A stretch of DNA of 64,000 nucleotides from Balanoglossus misakiensis. Taxonomy: Eukaryota; Animalia; Hemichordata. How positions within the stretch are numbered: position 1 is the stretch's first letter; every line of letters starts with the position of its first letter. Shown one piece after another: positions 43,401 to 55,676 of this stretch. The position numbers were made by a program, and so were the translations under genes. The notes under the pieces were generated by a model. It worked only from the letters and a program-made list of their open reading frames with translations, had not been told where the DNA came from and did no database searches. The DNA is taken from positions 5,364,209 through 5,428,208 of the forward strand of contig CM082592.2 in the NCBI GenBank assembly GCA_040954595.2, in the 5' to 3' direction.

Positions 43401-46400
43401 GCTCAGAACACAGACAGAACACCATGCTGTGGTGAAGGGTGGCAGGGTGCATGGTTTCTATATGTGCGTTTGCAAAGTAGAACTACACGGCATAGAAATC
43501 TGTAATTGGTAAAATTGCAGAATTTTCTAGAACAGAGTTTTTTTTGTGTGTTGCACTGTACAAAGGTGTCAAACATTCCAACACTGTCAATAGGGGAAAT
43601 CATTCTGAAAACTTTTCAAAACATGCTAAACCATGGGGGGGGGGGGGGGGGGGGGGGGACAGACCCAAAGACCAGTTCACTCACTGACACCCAGTCTGTA
43701 AAACCTTTGATAACACTACAGGTGCTCAAGCACAGCAACCCATTACACTCACACCGCAAACCACCCTACTTGCAGTCCACTTACCTTGGAGGAATTCTTG
43801 GAAGACGTTGACGATACCTTGGAGGTCTGAGAAATGGAAGAAGTGTTTCTGCTAACCACTGTGTTGTCCAGCTCATCTACTTCTTCAGTGCCTGCTATCT
43901 GGTTCTCCACATTGGCTTTGTCACAGAGGATGAACTGGTTCGAAGTGAGTTGTGACGGAATTTCCATGTCTTGCACCACGCGGATATCTGGAAGAACAAA
44001 TTGGAAATTTCAGTAAGACTCTAAGAGAGAAAAATTTCCCAGGCATATATTTATAGTATTTCATCAACTGCAATATCCAGAAGGCCAATTATCCTGTTAC
44101 TCTAATACTGCATGTATAACAAGTCACACCTACTGATTATTCAAATTCCTTGTTTGATGGTTGTCATGAATTGTAAAACACACACTTGGAATACATTGCA
44201 AGAAAACATTGTACCTACCTCCATTGTTGTCAAGTTCTAGCAGACAGAAGACGGAGATGTCAACATCTGTCATGTCGAATTTCCTGAGAGCTAACTGTAA
44301 TACTTCATAAGATGGTGTAGAGGCAGACACTGCCAACATCTTGCCTCTTGCCTTGTGACCACTGATGCGGTCCATGACCTGAAGATAAAAATATATCGAC
44401 TGATGGATCAATCTCACAATTCTACTGGTGGACAACAACATGGGTGAAGCAAGACAGCCAAAACCAAGCTATCTGCTACATCTCATACATTTTTTATCTA
44501 CATGGGTTTTGATAACAGCCATGTTACCATCACATCAAGCATTATGTGTCCGCTAGTGGCGTGGATGAAAGAGGGCACTGTTTACCTTAATCACTGTGCC
44601 CTGTTTGTGCCTGAGTTCAAATCTGTACGATGAGGTATTCAACCAGTTTTTCTGGATCTTCAGGGGACATTCATTTGCTCTCAATTGTCTCTCTGGAACT
44701 ATAAAACAGAAAAAAATTAAAACAAAAGTAAATAAATGTTGACTGACTGATGTGAAAAGACCTGTGATTACATGTAGCTGCAACAGGGCTTGCACCAATC
44801 CAAGATTAGTTTATCCTATTGTTTCAAACACCTTGGTTGAATCTATATACAGCATAATAGGGGTGGCAGGGTTTGAAATGACAGCACTGTAATAAATCTA
44901 ACTACTGCAGCAACGGAATTATCAGAACTCAGCGAAAACGATGCTGTTGATGCTATAATGGAAATGGTCTACTGCAGTGAAGTGGTCCCAAATGCAAGTA
45001 CCCAACATGATGCTGGGCTGAAACACAGCCGAGTCAATGTTGTGGTCTGTCGAAAATAAAGGCTGCAACGGACCACAAGTGACATGATGCAGCACTGCAG
45101 TTGAAGAATTGAGAAACTGGTGGATTATGATTCAACACTGCAACGCCTGTCGCCAACTAACTCTGCCAGGAACTGACTGTAACCTCATCAAAACAGCAAA
45201 ACTAACCGAGGCAGTAAAGCATGGCTTGGCACTTAAAACAGAGGCATTACACTAGTCAAATTGGTGAAAAATCATGATACCACACCAATGATAGCACTGA
45301 TATAATGCAATATAAAGAAATGCGGCTGAAAATTCAATGGGAACACTGCAATGAATTTTACTTGATCAGAAACAGAACCCAACTGGCCTGTTCAGTACCA
45401 TACCTTGATACATCAACGATAAAACTGTAAAAACCAATAGGGGTGCCCAAGAAGAAAACATACAGAAACATTTAATCGCAAAATCGTCTGAAAGATTGTA
45501 TAGATATATTTCATTTTAATAGAAATGTGAATTTTAGATTAACGGAAGTTAAAAACTATGACTGATAACCATTAAACCAGATAAATTTAGCTTTCAGGAG
45601 TTAGGTGATGGGGTGGGGTCCATTTCTTTATGGGAAGGGGAGAGAGGGGAATTAAACTCATCCTAAATTAAGTGGGTGAATCATGTAGCACATAAAAAAA
45701 ATACCTCAGCCTGTAGAATAGTTACATACCTCCTTAAGATATTTAACAAACTTCTGAATGAAAAAAAAAAATTCATAAAGGGAAAATGCCATTTCTTCTA
45801 CACATACTAAAAGCCCTTAGTGATTACACCTTTAGTTTACTGAACCCTTTACATGAAATGAAACCTATCAAACCAAAAGCTCTGCATAAACAAGAAAACA
45901 GTATACAACGCTTTGCCTCCTTTGGACAAAATGCGTAAAAATCCCAGTTTTACAGTATTCCCTATTTAGCATTGATCTCATTTTTAACCCTAATGCTGCC
46001 AAGTCAGTTTAAACTGGTGTGATTTCCAGGGTGCCTAGAATCCGGGCTCCCAGGCCCGTTAGGCTGCCAAGTGTGTGTTATTCAGTAGGACCTATACAAG
46101 ACCCTCAGACCAATACAGTACAAACCAGTGCGATTTGGTACATTTTACAGGGGCTCAGACAGCCAAGTGTGTATCAGTACGATTGAGAGCCATGTCAAGA
46201 CAGTCAAAATACGTTTTAGAAGAAAAAGTGGCAAATACGTATTTTAAGGGACTTGACACTCTAACCAGGTTTGACACCCAGTAGCATTAGGGTTAATGCG
46301 TCCGATCAACCCATCCCAACTTATGTCTGCCTCACCTGGATCGTGCACATCGTCATTCACCAGAGGCACTTCCACAATACTGTAGAGTCTGGCATCTTCC

Positions 46401-49400
46401 ACCAGGCTGTGCTGCTCCAGGCACTGACGGATCATCTCATCCGTGGTCGTGGAGTCCGTGGCGTGGAATGAATCACACCGGAATTTACCTGTCCAGACAC
46501 GGAATGGAAATATGCATTTACAGAGATGTAGAGTTACATTCTCAATATTGATGGTGTATATTAAGATATTTGAACTGACTGGTTATCGCTGATCAATACT
46601 GGTTTTCAACTGGTTTTTACTCATCTAGATTGTATTTCATCTGAGTATTATTGTATTACATGTAGTTAATACTAGAAACACGCAATATACAGATGTCAAG
46701 TCTTTAATATATAAACCCATATGAACTAATAGATCAAACTGGTTAACACTGATATCTGAACTGACGGGTTACAACAATACGACATTTCTCTCTCACCTGC
46801 TTGGTTAGTATTTGACCATATCTGGACGGTTTTGGAGTCTTTGAAATCTTTCTTCTTTAGTGATTTTGGTGATATTGCTTCTTTGAATTTAGAAAATCTA
46901 ACGAGGGAAAAAAAAATTCCATCATCTTTGAAATGTTAGAAACAGAAAATCCAGAATTTCATGTTTTTTTTCTGAAGTGCAGCATTTTGAATAATTCAAA
47001 TGCCAGAAAAAGTAAATCATAACAGGGACAAGTCACTATACTGTGACTCTCTTTTTAATTCAGTTGATAATTGCAACAGAAATAGTTGAAGAAAAGGGGT
47101 AAAGTCTACACATGTTTTGGGGGCACTCTCCGCATAATCCGATGAGGTTATCTTACAAAATTTATTTTTGACATCTTATCAAGCACCTGACTCATTAATG
47201 TGCATGCTAACACTTTAACAATAAGATCTTTATAGAAATGTTTATCCTTTTCTGTATAAAGGTCAAAGTTTATTGTACAAGTAAAACAATTATTTAAATG
47301 GTCACGACAGCTGCTATTTTAAAATCAATATTTCTTTGGCAAAGAATCCTAAACAGAATTGCTTACATAACACAGAACTGTGGAAAATGCTGTAATTTCT
47401 CCGAAGATAACGTATGCCTGACAACTTACCCACTGTGAGACTTTCTTTTGCTCTCCTTATGCTTGCCCCCATTACTCTGTTCCACGGACTTGACAATGTC
47501 CGTAGTACTTCCGTTAGACTGCCCTGGTGGCGGAAGCTGTACGTTTTCCTGTGAGTTTAAGGCACTGACTGCTGCCATGTATTTCTGCCTCTCATAGCCA
47601 GTGGATTTTTGTGCTTCGTCTGAGAGTGAAAATGTTAAGATGGCGTATTGATCAAAGAGTACTCACATATACTGTTACATTAACTTGACCAGATGTGATG
47701 TTATTCATCATATACATGTAAAATATTCTTCAGTACAGATATAATTAGGAAATTTACCCCCTCACAATTTACCATATGGACATTTCCAACAAGCAATATA
47801 GGCTATGGTTAGGGAGAGGGTTGAGGTAAGTGTCTTGTGGGTAAATCTCCACGGGGGTGGGGGGGGGGGACTTGTCCAAGATCCCTAAAGACAAGCAATG
47901 AGACTTTCACTTACTGAGAAGCTGATCTGCATTTGCTGCAGCGGTTGGATTGAAGAGCTCATAGATTTTGGACAACACCTCTTCTCTTTCGTTGGCAGAC
48001 TTGATGTTCATATCCTCTGTAGAGACAGAATATTTTTACAATACAAGTCACAATGAAATTTAATGTAATTAAAATATATTTTTAGATAAAAAAAATCATA
48101 TGCCATAGTAGAATGTACTGTGAGCTTTTTAGCGAAGATCTCAAATGGTGACATTTTTAACATGATCACCAACAAAGACACAACTCACCAAGTAATGGAA
48201 GATCAATCTCGGCAAGATCCTTGCCTGTAATATGTTTGGCTGTAAAAAGAAACCAAAAGAGTGAGACTGGAGGTCATGTAGTACACTACTGCATGTATCA
48301 GCTTTCGAGAAACGGCTTTTGATATCTATTTTGAGCGTGCTGGTACCTTTGAAAGCTGGCACATGCTTGCTGAGTCCAACTACTTCAAGCCATGTAATGA
48401 CATCACCATCCGTCCATTCCTCTACAGGCACTGTGTGAGTTCCATCAGCTGTGAATGTCTTTGGCGGACTGATTATGCCACCTGGATCACAACAAGACAA
48501 ACAGGAGAAAAAGTTTTTCGTCAAAGAATCCAACTTACAGTTGCACCGAACAATCAAAGTGTATCTTCTGACTTTTCTGCAGACAGACGATTTCAAGGAA
48601 AATGTATAAAACACGTATGACAAACTCACCACCTCCTACTGGTTTCTCCGCTCCATGGGAATTCACATGTACTTTGGAAGACTCCACGTTCTGTGGTTCT
48701 GATTGCATAGACGTCTGGTGGCTGGATATCAGCTGATCAGCCAGCTTTTGCTCCTCTTTCAATTTGGCAATATCGGCATCAATTCGACTCTCCTGGTCTT
48801 CTTGTAACTTGAGGAGCGTTTCCAACTCTCCTGATGCTTCCACAAGAGTACTGTTGTCAGGGGTCGATATCTCTTTCTTATTTGACGGCTGTACACTCAC
48901 GACAGGTGCTGACTTCGGTCTTTTCTTCAGTTTTTCAACTTCTAGCAGAAAGGAGGCTCGGATGTCTTCCTCCTCAATATCCAAATCAACTGTAAAATAT
49001 GTAAAAAAATTAATACATTATACACCTATCTGGAAAATTGCATGATTGGTTATATTCATCTCTGCATCCCAATACCATCAGCTAGCATTTACAGTCCAGT
49101 AAATAATAGTTGATTAATGAAAGGTATAGTGCAAATGCCAAGAAGCGACTTACGTAGATCTCTTTCTGTGACTTGCGAAAGGTAATCACCATCAATACCA
49201 CATCCTGTACAATATCAAAGCAAAGGTAATGCATCAAAATCATGATGTACACACAAGTGAGGAATTGAAAGTATTCAACTGTCATGGCCACGTGCAGTGC
49301 ATGTACTGAGTTGAAACAATCAGTCAATGGTATGCATATTAACCTAACATTGCGTTTGAGATTTATTTTCACGTACTGCTGATGTCAATCAATGTCATCT

Positions 49401-50002
49401 CAATGACAAAAGTGTACATACAAATTACTTTTTTCTACCACTGGTTTGTAAAATTATTCTACATCAGACACATAGTATGACAGCATACCTTCAAACATGT
49501 CAACAAAATAATCCAGTTTCACTGCCAGCAACCAATCGATGACATCCTGCTCATTCCATTTTTCCACAGGGGTGGTCAGCCAGGGGGCAACGCCATGATC
49601 CTCAAAATCCATCCCAATGTCAGCATCATCATCTGTGTTCATCACACCTCCCGAGGCAACACTGCCGTCGTAGTGCTCGTTGAAAACCACCGTCGACGGC
49701 ACATTCGGCTCAACACCGGCGGCCGGATCGGACACGCTTGACCTCGCGCTTCCTGCGCGCGGTGGAGGTAGAGGCGCTGTTCTTCTGTTTGACCCCTGCC
49801 GAGCGGGAGCAACTGGCACACTGTTGACGTAGCCCACTTGGTCCACGTTAGATCCACCTGAGTCCACAGCAGGCAGTCTCTGGTTCACACCAGGCGCCGT
49901 CATGTAGATATTTTCGCCGACACTGAGACGTGTCGCGTCCGACCGCGGCGGCGGCTCTGGCTTGTCCTTCTTCTTCTTCTTTTTCCTTCCGAAGAACGGC
50001 AT
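37446..50002 (-). CDS. Uncharacterised multidomain scaffold: 2x SAM, 2x Ras-association, coiled coils, PDZ, C-terminal Rab11-FIP-like RBD; about 25 exons
   Basis: Exon 1 49489-50002 (MPFFGRKKKKKK). SAM1: PVEKWNEQDVIDWLLAVKLDYFVDMFE-GCGIDGDYLSQVTERDL. SAM2: PVEEWTDGDVITWLEVVGLSKHVPAFK-AKHITGKDLAEIDL. RA1: TTTDEMIRQCLEQHSLVEDARLYSIVEV..ERQLRANECPLKIQKNW. RA2: KMLAVSASTPSYEVLQLALRKFDM. PDZ: GHYGYDFIV..GVFVTSCDSNGVLKEGD-RLIEVNGVNV. RBD-like: EILNVLQENVEESTRQKQYLDRLYAVMLDQAPSLLE. Last exon 37446-37476 reads DMSGDEEFC-stop. Confidence 0.85.
40700..40717 (-). CDS. Candidate 18-nt microexon (KKEEER) of the scaffold gene
   Basis: TAG|AAGAAAGAGGAAGAGAGG|GTAAGG. Phase 0-0, matching the flanking exons that end at 41241 and start at 39840. 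Confidence 0.6.
45404..45424 (-). CDS. Candidate 21-nt microexon (VLSLMYQ) within RA1 of the scaffold gene
   Basis: TTTTTACAG|TTTTATCGTTGATGTATCAAG|GTATGG. Phase 1-1 with an open frame, matching the flanking exons. Confidence 0.4.
45988..46292. mobile_element. 305-bp piggyBac-like MITE
   Basis: TTAA|CCCTAATGCT ... AGCATTAGGG|TTAA. Confidence 0.7.
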
Positions 50003-50455
50003 CTTGTCAAGTTGGCACAGTCAAACTCTAAAACCACATGAAAGACTTCAAACTGTCTGTTCCGTATGGGACATTTCCTAGCTGCTAACTGTTTCACATA
50101 TTCTTTTACCTATGAAACAGGAAGAAAACATCATTCGATAGGCAGGGATCTCCTCACACCAGTCGATATGGCACTCAGAACCAGTGTCTGGTACAGTATA
50201 GTAAGGTGTTGTATACATTTTAAAAAGCTGGAAATGGTACCAGATCCAATAGATCTATAAAGGCCACCTGTTTATAAAGGAAAGTTTAGTAAAGTCACCT
50301 GACTAATTAATTAATTAGTGCACAGTATTCTAGTGTATGGACAGCCAAGTGCAAAGTATCATCTGGACCCTGTTTGGATATTGTGTTGCACGACGTCTGC
50401 ATATCATTTATTCTATCAATGGCATCATGCTTGTAATTAATATTCATGTACATGT

Positions 50456-50499
<44 letters not shown>
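50456..50499. repeat. (ATCA)11 microsatellite
   Basis: Read directly from the sequence. Confidence 0.97.
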
Positions 50500-51304
50500 C
50501 ACGCGAAAAAATACCAAACTACAATGGAAGAACACCATCCTTTTAGTGCAATAATGAAGTTTTACCCCAGTTTTACACTAAACTGGTTTTAACGTGCAAC
50601 CCTCAATGTCTAACCCTAAAATTTATATAACCATGGAGATAGACGACACCCTAGAGCTACGCTACGACCGAACAGAACCGGACTGCAGGCTACGTCAGAT
50701 AAAATCAATAAAATCAGTAGGGAAGCATTTGACAATGGAACGGTGAAAATGGCTGAAAATGACACGGTATATTTTATCAAAAAGCGTTTGATTACATACC
50801 TGGGTTTGAAATTTGCAACAGCTCTGTTTATATTACATTTGACCTGTCCGCCATCACACGTCGAAATGTAATGTTTACATCCGGGTCATTAGATCCCCAA
50901 GTCCCGTCTCTCTTGTGCTTGCTCATCGGCAAACATTGCACGTTTATCCTGTTTTAAACTGCTGTGATTATTAAATTATCGATATATATTCGTGTCACAA
51001 AACATTTGACAAAAATTTCCAGAAATATCCCATTTATGCATTTCAAGAGCTTTCCGTCTCTTGAACGAGGGTTGAAGGTCACTTTCTGAGGTCACCCTGC
51101 CAAAACATGAATGGGGGAGTCTGGATATCACATCAGAGACCGGTGATATCCGGCCCGTTTTCTCAGATTTTCCATAATTTTGCATTGCCTAGTGTTAAGA
51201 CAAATCCTGAGATTGAATATGAGTCTTGTCTTCTCTTATCGTCACTGGCCACCGGGCGCGGCCTCGTATATATAGGCGTATCAAGTGAATGAATTTCTGA
51301 ACAT

Positions 51305-51317
51305 CGCCCTCTGCTGG
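51305..51317 (-). promoter_or_regulatory. CTCF-like core motif
   Basis: CCAGCAGAGGGCG on the minus strand fits the CCASYAGRKGGCR consensus. Confidence 0.45.
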
Positions 51318-51547
51318 ATAGGAGTAGGCACTATACTGGAATATCTTTTGAATGTCAAGTTTTGTCAACATTTTTTTTTAACTTTCTGGTTATACCCACT
51401 GCACACATTTTGATTGAGTGTGGCCTTGCATCCATATTAATGCATGAAATTTGGAAAACTGGTCGCCATTAACTTCTCCAACAATCTGTGTGATCGTGTC
51501 TCTGTATAACAAATAAAAAGTCAAAGTGCACATTTGGTTGTATCATT

Positions 51548-51581
51548 AGGGGACCAAGCGCCCTCAGGCGCTTGGTCCCCT
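51548..51581. repeat. Perfect 15-bp-stem hairpin, possibly the terminus of a Helentron-associated (DINE/HINE-like) element
   Basis: AGGGGACCAAGCGCC-CTCA-GGCGCTTGGTCCCCT, followed by a TTC-rich tract. Confidence 0.6.
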
Positions 51582-51814
51582 TCTGTTATTGCTGGAGTTT
51601 TTCTTCCATCTTCTTGAGTCGTTTTTTTGCTCCCGCTTTTCTCAAAAATCCCTGGGCCTACGCCTATGAAATATGGCACGGTGATTGGGGCCCATGAGTA
51701 CTGGTGCACCTGCCCTTTGAATTTGTAATTAGTCACGTGACTTGGTGGCTATAATCAAGCGAAATTTTCAAATTGACCTAATTTGCACGTTAATGGGGGC
51801 ATTTCATTATCTAG

Positions 51815-54800
51815 GCTGCGTTTTTTATCTGTCGGGTATAAGAAACATGCAGGGAAACTTGGTCATTTTTTTTGTCGCGGTTCACTTGGGCAAGTCTGAA
51901 TACGTATAGTGCTCAGGAAAGAGAAAGATAAACTCGCTAAAACCATGTCTTTCCGTCCGCGTGACCAACCAAAGAGCGAAAAAGTCATTATTCGGTTCAC
52001 TTGGGCAAGTCTGAATACGTAGTGCTCGCAGGAAAGAGAAAGATAAACTCGCTAAAACCATGTCTTTCCGTCCGCATGACCAACCAAGGAGCGAAAAAGT
52101 CATTATTTGGGCCGTAATAAAACGTTTTTGTCGCCGAGGAGTGAATAAAGAACGGTCAGATCGTTGCGGTGCAGGGAACTCTTATTTGCACCGCAGCGGT
52201 GAACTCTTATTTGCACCGCTGCGGTGCAAATAAGAGTTCGCACCGCTGCGGTGCAAATAAGATCATTGTAGTTATGCTGCAATATAGTGCGGTAAATTTC
52301 CGACCTTTTCGTGAACAGATCGTGCTGGCGAAGGGTTCAGGAAGGCTTGACTTTTTACCTCAAGGTGTCAACTGATGTTGGTTCGAGACCACTTTTTTCC
52401 TATTTCTTTTTTTGTGAGAACTTTTAACGACATTGTCATTGTAATTTTTATCAATTTCATAAATCCAATTTATTTCAATATCTACGCTGCGTTTTTTATC
52501 TGTCGGGTATAAGAAACATGCAGGGAAACCTGGTCATTTTTTTGTCGCGGTTCACTTGGGCAAGTCTGAATACGTAGTGCTCAGGAAAGAGAAAGATAAA
52601 CTCGCTAAAACCATGTCTTTCCGTCCGCATGACCAACCAAGGAGCGAAAAAGTCATTATTTGGGCCGTAATAAAACGTTTTTGTCGCTGAGGAGTGAATA
52701 AAGAACGGTCAGATCGTTGCGGTGCAGGGAACTCTTATTTACACCGCAGCGGTGAACTCTTATTTGCACCGCTGCGGTGCAAATAAGAGTTCGCACCGCT
52801 GCGGTGCAAATAAGATCATTGTAGTTATGCTGCAATATAGTGCGGTAAATTTCCGACTTTTTCGAGAACACATCGTGATGGCGAAGGGTTCAGAAAGGCT
52901 TGACTTTTACCTCAAGGTGTCAACTGATGTTGGTTCGAGACCACTTTTTTCCTATTTCTTTTTTTTGTGAGAACTTTTAACGACATTGTCATTGTAATTT
53001 TTATCAATTTCATAAATCCAATTTATTTCAATATCTACGCTGCGTTTTTTATCTGTCGGGTATAAGAAACATGCAGGGAAACCTGGTCATTTTTTTGTCG
53101 CGGTTCACTTGGGCAAGTCTGAATACGTAGTGCTCAGGAAAGAGAAAGATAAACTCGCTAAAACCATGTCTTTCCGTCCGCATGACTAACCAAGGAGCGA
53201 AAAAGTCATTATTTGGGCCGTAATAAAACGTTTTTGTCGCCGAGGAGTGAATAAAGAACGGTCAGATCGTTGCGGTGCAGGGAACTCTAACTTGCACCGC
53301 AGCGGTGAACTCTTATTTGCACCGCAGCGGTGAACTCTTATTTGCACCGCTGCGGTGCAAATAAGAGTTCGCACCGCTGCGGTGCAAATAAGATCATTGT
53401 AGTTATGCTGCAATATAGTGCGGTAAATTTCCGACTTTTTCGAGAACACATCGTGATGGCGAAGGGTTCAGAAAGGCTTGACTTTTACCTCAAGGTGTCA
53501 ACTGATGTTGGTTCGAGACCACTTTTTTCCTATTTCTTTTTTTTGTGAGAACTTTTAACGACATTGTCATTGTAATTTTTATCAATTTCATAAATCCAAT
53601 TTATTTCAATATCTTCGCTGCGTTTTTTATCTGTCGGGTATAAGAAACATGCAGGGAAACCTGGTCATTTTTTTGTCGCGGTTCACTTGGGCAAGTCTGA
53701 ATACGTAGTGCTCAGGAAAGAGAAAGATAAACTCGCTAAAACCATGTCTTTCCGTCCGCATGACTAACCAAGGAGCGAAAAAGTCATTATTTGGGCCGTA
53801 ATAAAACGTTTTTGTCGCCGAGGAGTGAATAAAGAACGGTCAGATCGTTGCGGTGCAGGGAACTCTTATTTGCACCGCAGCGGTGAACTCTTATTTGCAC
53901 CGCTGCGGTGAACTCTTATTTGCACCGCTGCGGTGCAAATAAGAGTTCGCACCGCTGCGGTGCAAATAAGATCATTGTAGTTATGCTGCAATATAGTGCG
54001 GTAAATTTCCGACTTTTTCGTGAACAGATCGTGCTGGCGAAGGGTTCAGGAAGGCTTGACTTTTACCTCAAGGTGTCAACTGATGTTGGTTCGAGACCAC
54101 TTTTTTCCTATTTCTTTTTTTGTGAGAACTTTTAACGACATTGTCATTGTAATTTTTATCAATTTCATAAATCCAATTTATTTCAATATCTACGCTGCGT
54201 TTTTTATCTGTCGGGTATAAGAAACATGCAGGGAAACCTGGTCATTTTTTTGTCGCGGTTCACTTGGGCAAGTCTGAATACGTAGTGCTCAGGAAAGAGA
54301 AAGATAAACTCGCTAAAACCATGTCTTTCCGTCCGCATGACTAACCAAGGAGCGAAAAAGTCATTATTTGGGCCGTAATAAAACGTTTTTGTCGCCGAGG
54401 AGTGAATAAAGAACGGTCAGATCGTTGCGGTGCAGGGAACTCTTATTTGCACCGCAGCGGTGAACTCTTATTTGCACCGCTGCGGTGCAAATAAGAGTTC
54501 GCACCGCTGCGGTGCAAATAAGATCATTGTAGTTATGCTGCAATATAGTGCGGTAAATTTCCGACTTTTTCGTGAACAGATCGTGCTGGCGAAGGGTTCA
54601 GGAAGGCTTGACTTTTACCTCAAGGTGTCAAATGATGTTGGTTCGAGACCACTTTTTTCCTATTTCTTTTTTTGTGAGAACTTTTAACGACATTGTCATT
54701 GTAATTTTTATCAATTTCATAAATCCAATTTATTTCAATATCTACGCTGCGTTTTTTATCTGTCGGGTATAAGAAACATGCAAGGAAACTTGGTCATTTT

Positions 54801-55235
54801 TTTGTCGCGGTTCACTTGGGCAAGTCTGAATACGTAGTGCTCGCAGGAAAGAGAAAGATAAACTCGCTAAAACCATGTCTTTCCGTCCGCATGACCAACC
54901 AAGGAGCGAAAAAGTCATTATTTGGGCCGTAATAAAACGTTTTTGTCGCTGAGGAGTGAATAAAGAACGGTCAGATCGTTGCGGTGCAGGGAACTCTTAT
55001 TTGCACCGCAGCGGTGAACTCTTATTTGCACCGCTGCGGTGCAAATAAGAGTTCGCACCGCTGCGGTGCAAATAAGATCATTGTAGTTATGCTGCAATAT
55101 AGTGCGGTAAATTTCCGACTTTTTCGAGAACACATCGTGATGGCGAAGGGTTCAGGAAGGCTTGACTTTTACCTCAAGGTGTCAACTGATGTTGGTTCGA
55201 GACCACTTTTTTCCTATTTCTTTTTTTGTGAGAAC
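51815..55235. repeat. Tandem array of about six near-identical units (core 552-578 bp), each with a long internal palindrome
   Basis: Units start at 51815, 52486, 53039, 53617, 54194 and 54746; the last is truncated at 55235. Unit 1 has an internal duplication of about 115 bp. Units 3 and 4 carry one extra 25-bp subrepeat. Confidence 0.97.
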
Positions 55236-55676
55236 AGGGCCAAGCAAATGACATATAAATACATAAGAGACAACCGAGTATAAACAGCACAAACACAGTT
55301 AACCGCTGCAACAGTCAAACTTGGTTTTGTATTCCGACTGCGGTAAGTACGTAAAGACTTTGCATAAAGAAGCAAACATAGAATGTGTTTTCTAAAAGTA
55401 TTAATCTTTGAGTTCTCTGGTTATAACTGAATATATCCATGTGTGATCAACCTGAAGAAAGGTTTAATCACGAAATCGAATATGCAGATTGATTCATTGC
55501 ACATCAGGACCAGATCAGTTACTATGTCCACATTCTTGTTTAATAGAACTTCAGCAGGTCCGAGTTGTAGTGGGAATGTGTGTGTCTTGAAGATGAAATA
55601 TGTCGAAAAGCCAAATAAGTTCATTGGGTACATTTTGGGTCACACTTCTGGGTAGTTGATCAGTGGTTGTGACGTT

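Noticed and set aside
43635-43658. Long poly-G tract (others near 19033, 32676, 33252, 61078) as possible G-quadruplex elements
   Set aside because: Simple intronic homopolymers that are frequent in this sequence and unreliable in length; no specific evidence of function.
45730-45753. 24-nt segment with good acceptor and donor sites on the minus strand (possible microexon)
   Set aside because: In the phase-1 frame required by the flanking exons it reads GAA GTT TGT TAA. It could only be a poison or terminating exon, and there is no support without RNA data.
51815-55235. Palindromic 25-bp repeats resembling a CRISPR array
   Set aside because: There are no unique spacers, whole units of about 550 bp repeat, no cas genes are present, and the context is eukaryotic.
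52169-55283. Repeated short ORFs (HRCGANKSS...) in the tandem array
   Set aside because: They are by-products of the palindromic repeat, appear on both strands, have frames that vary with poly-T length, and show no gene structure.
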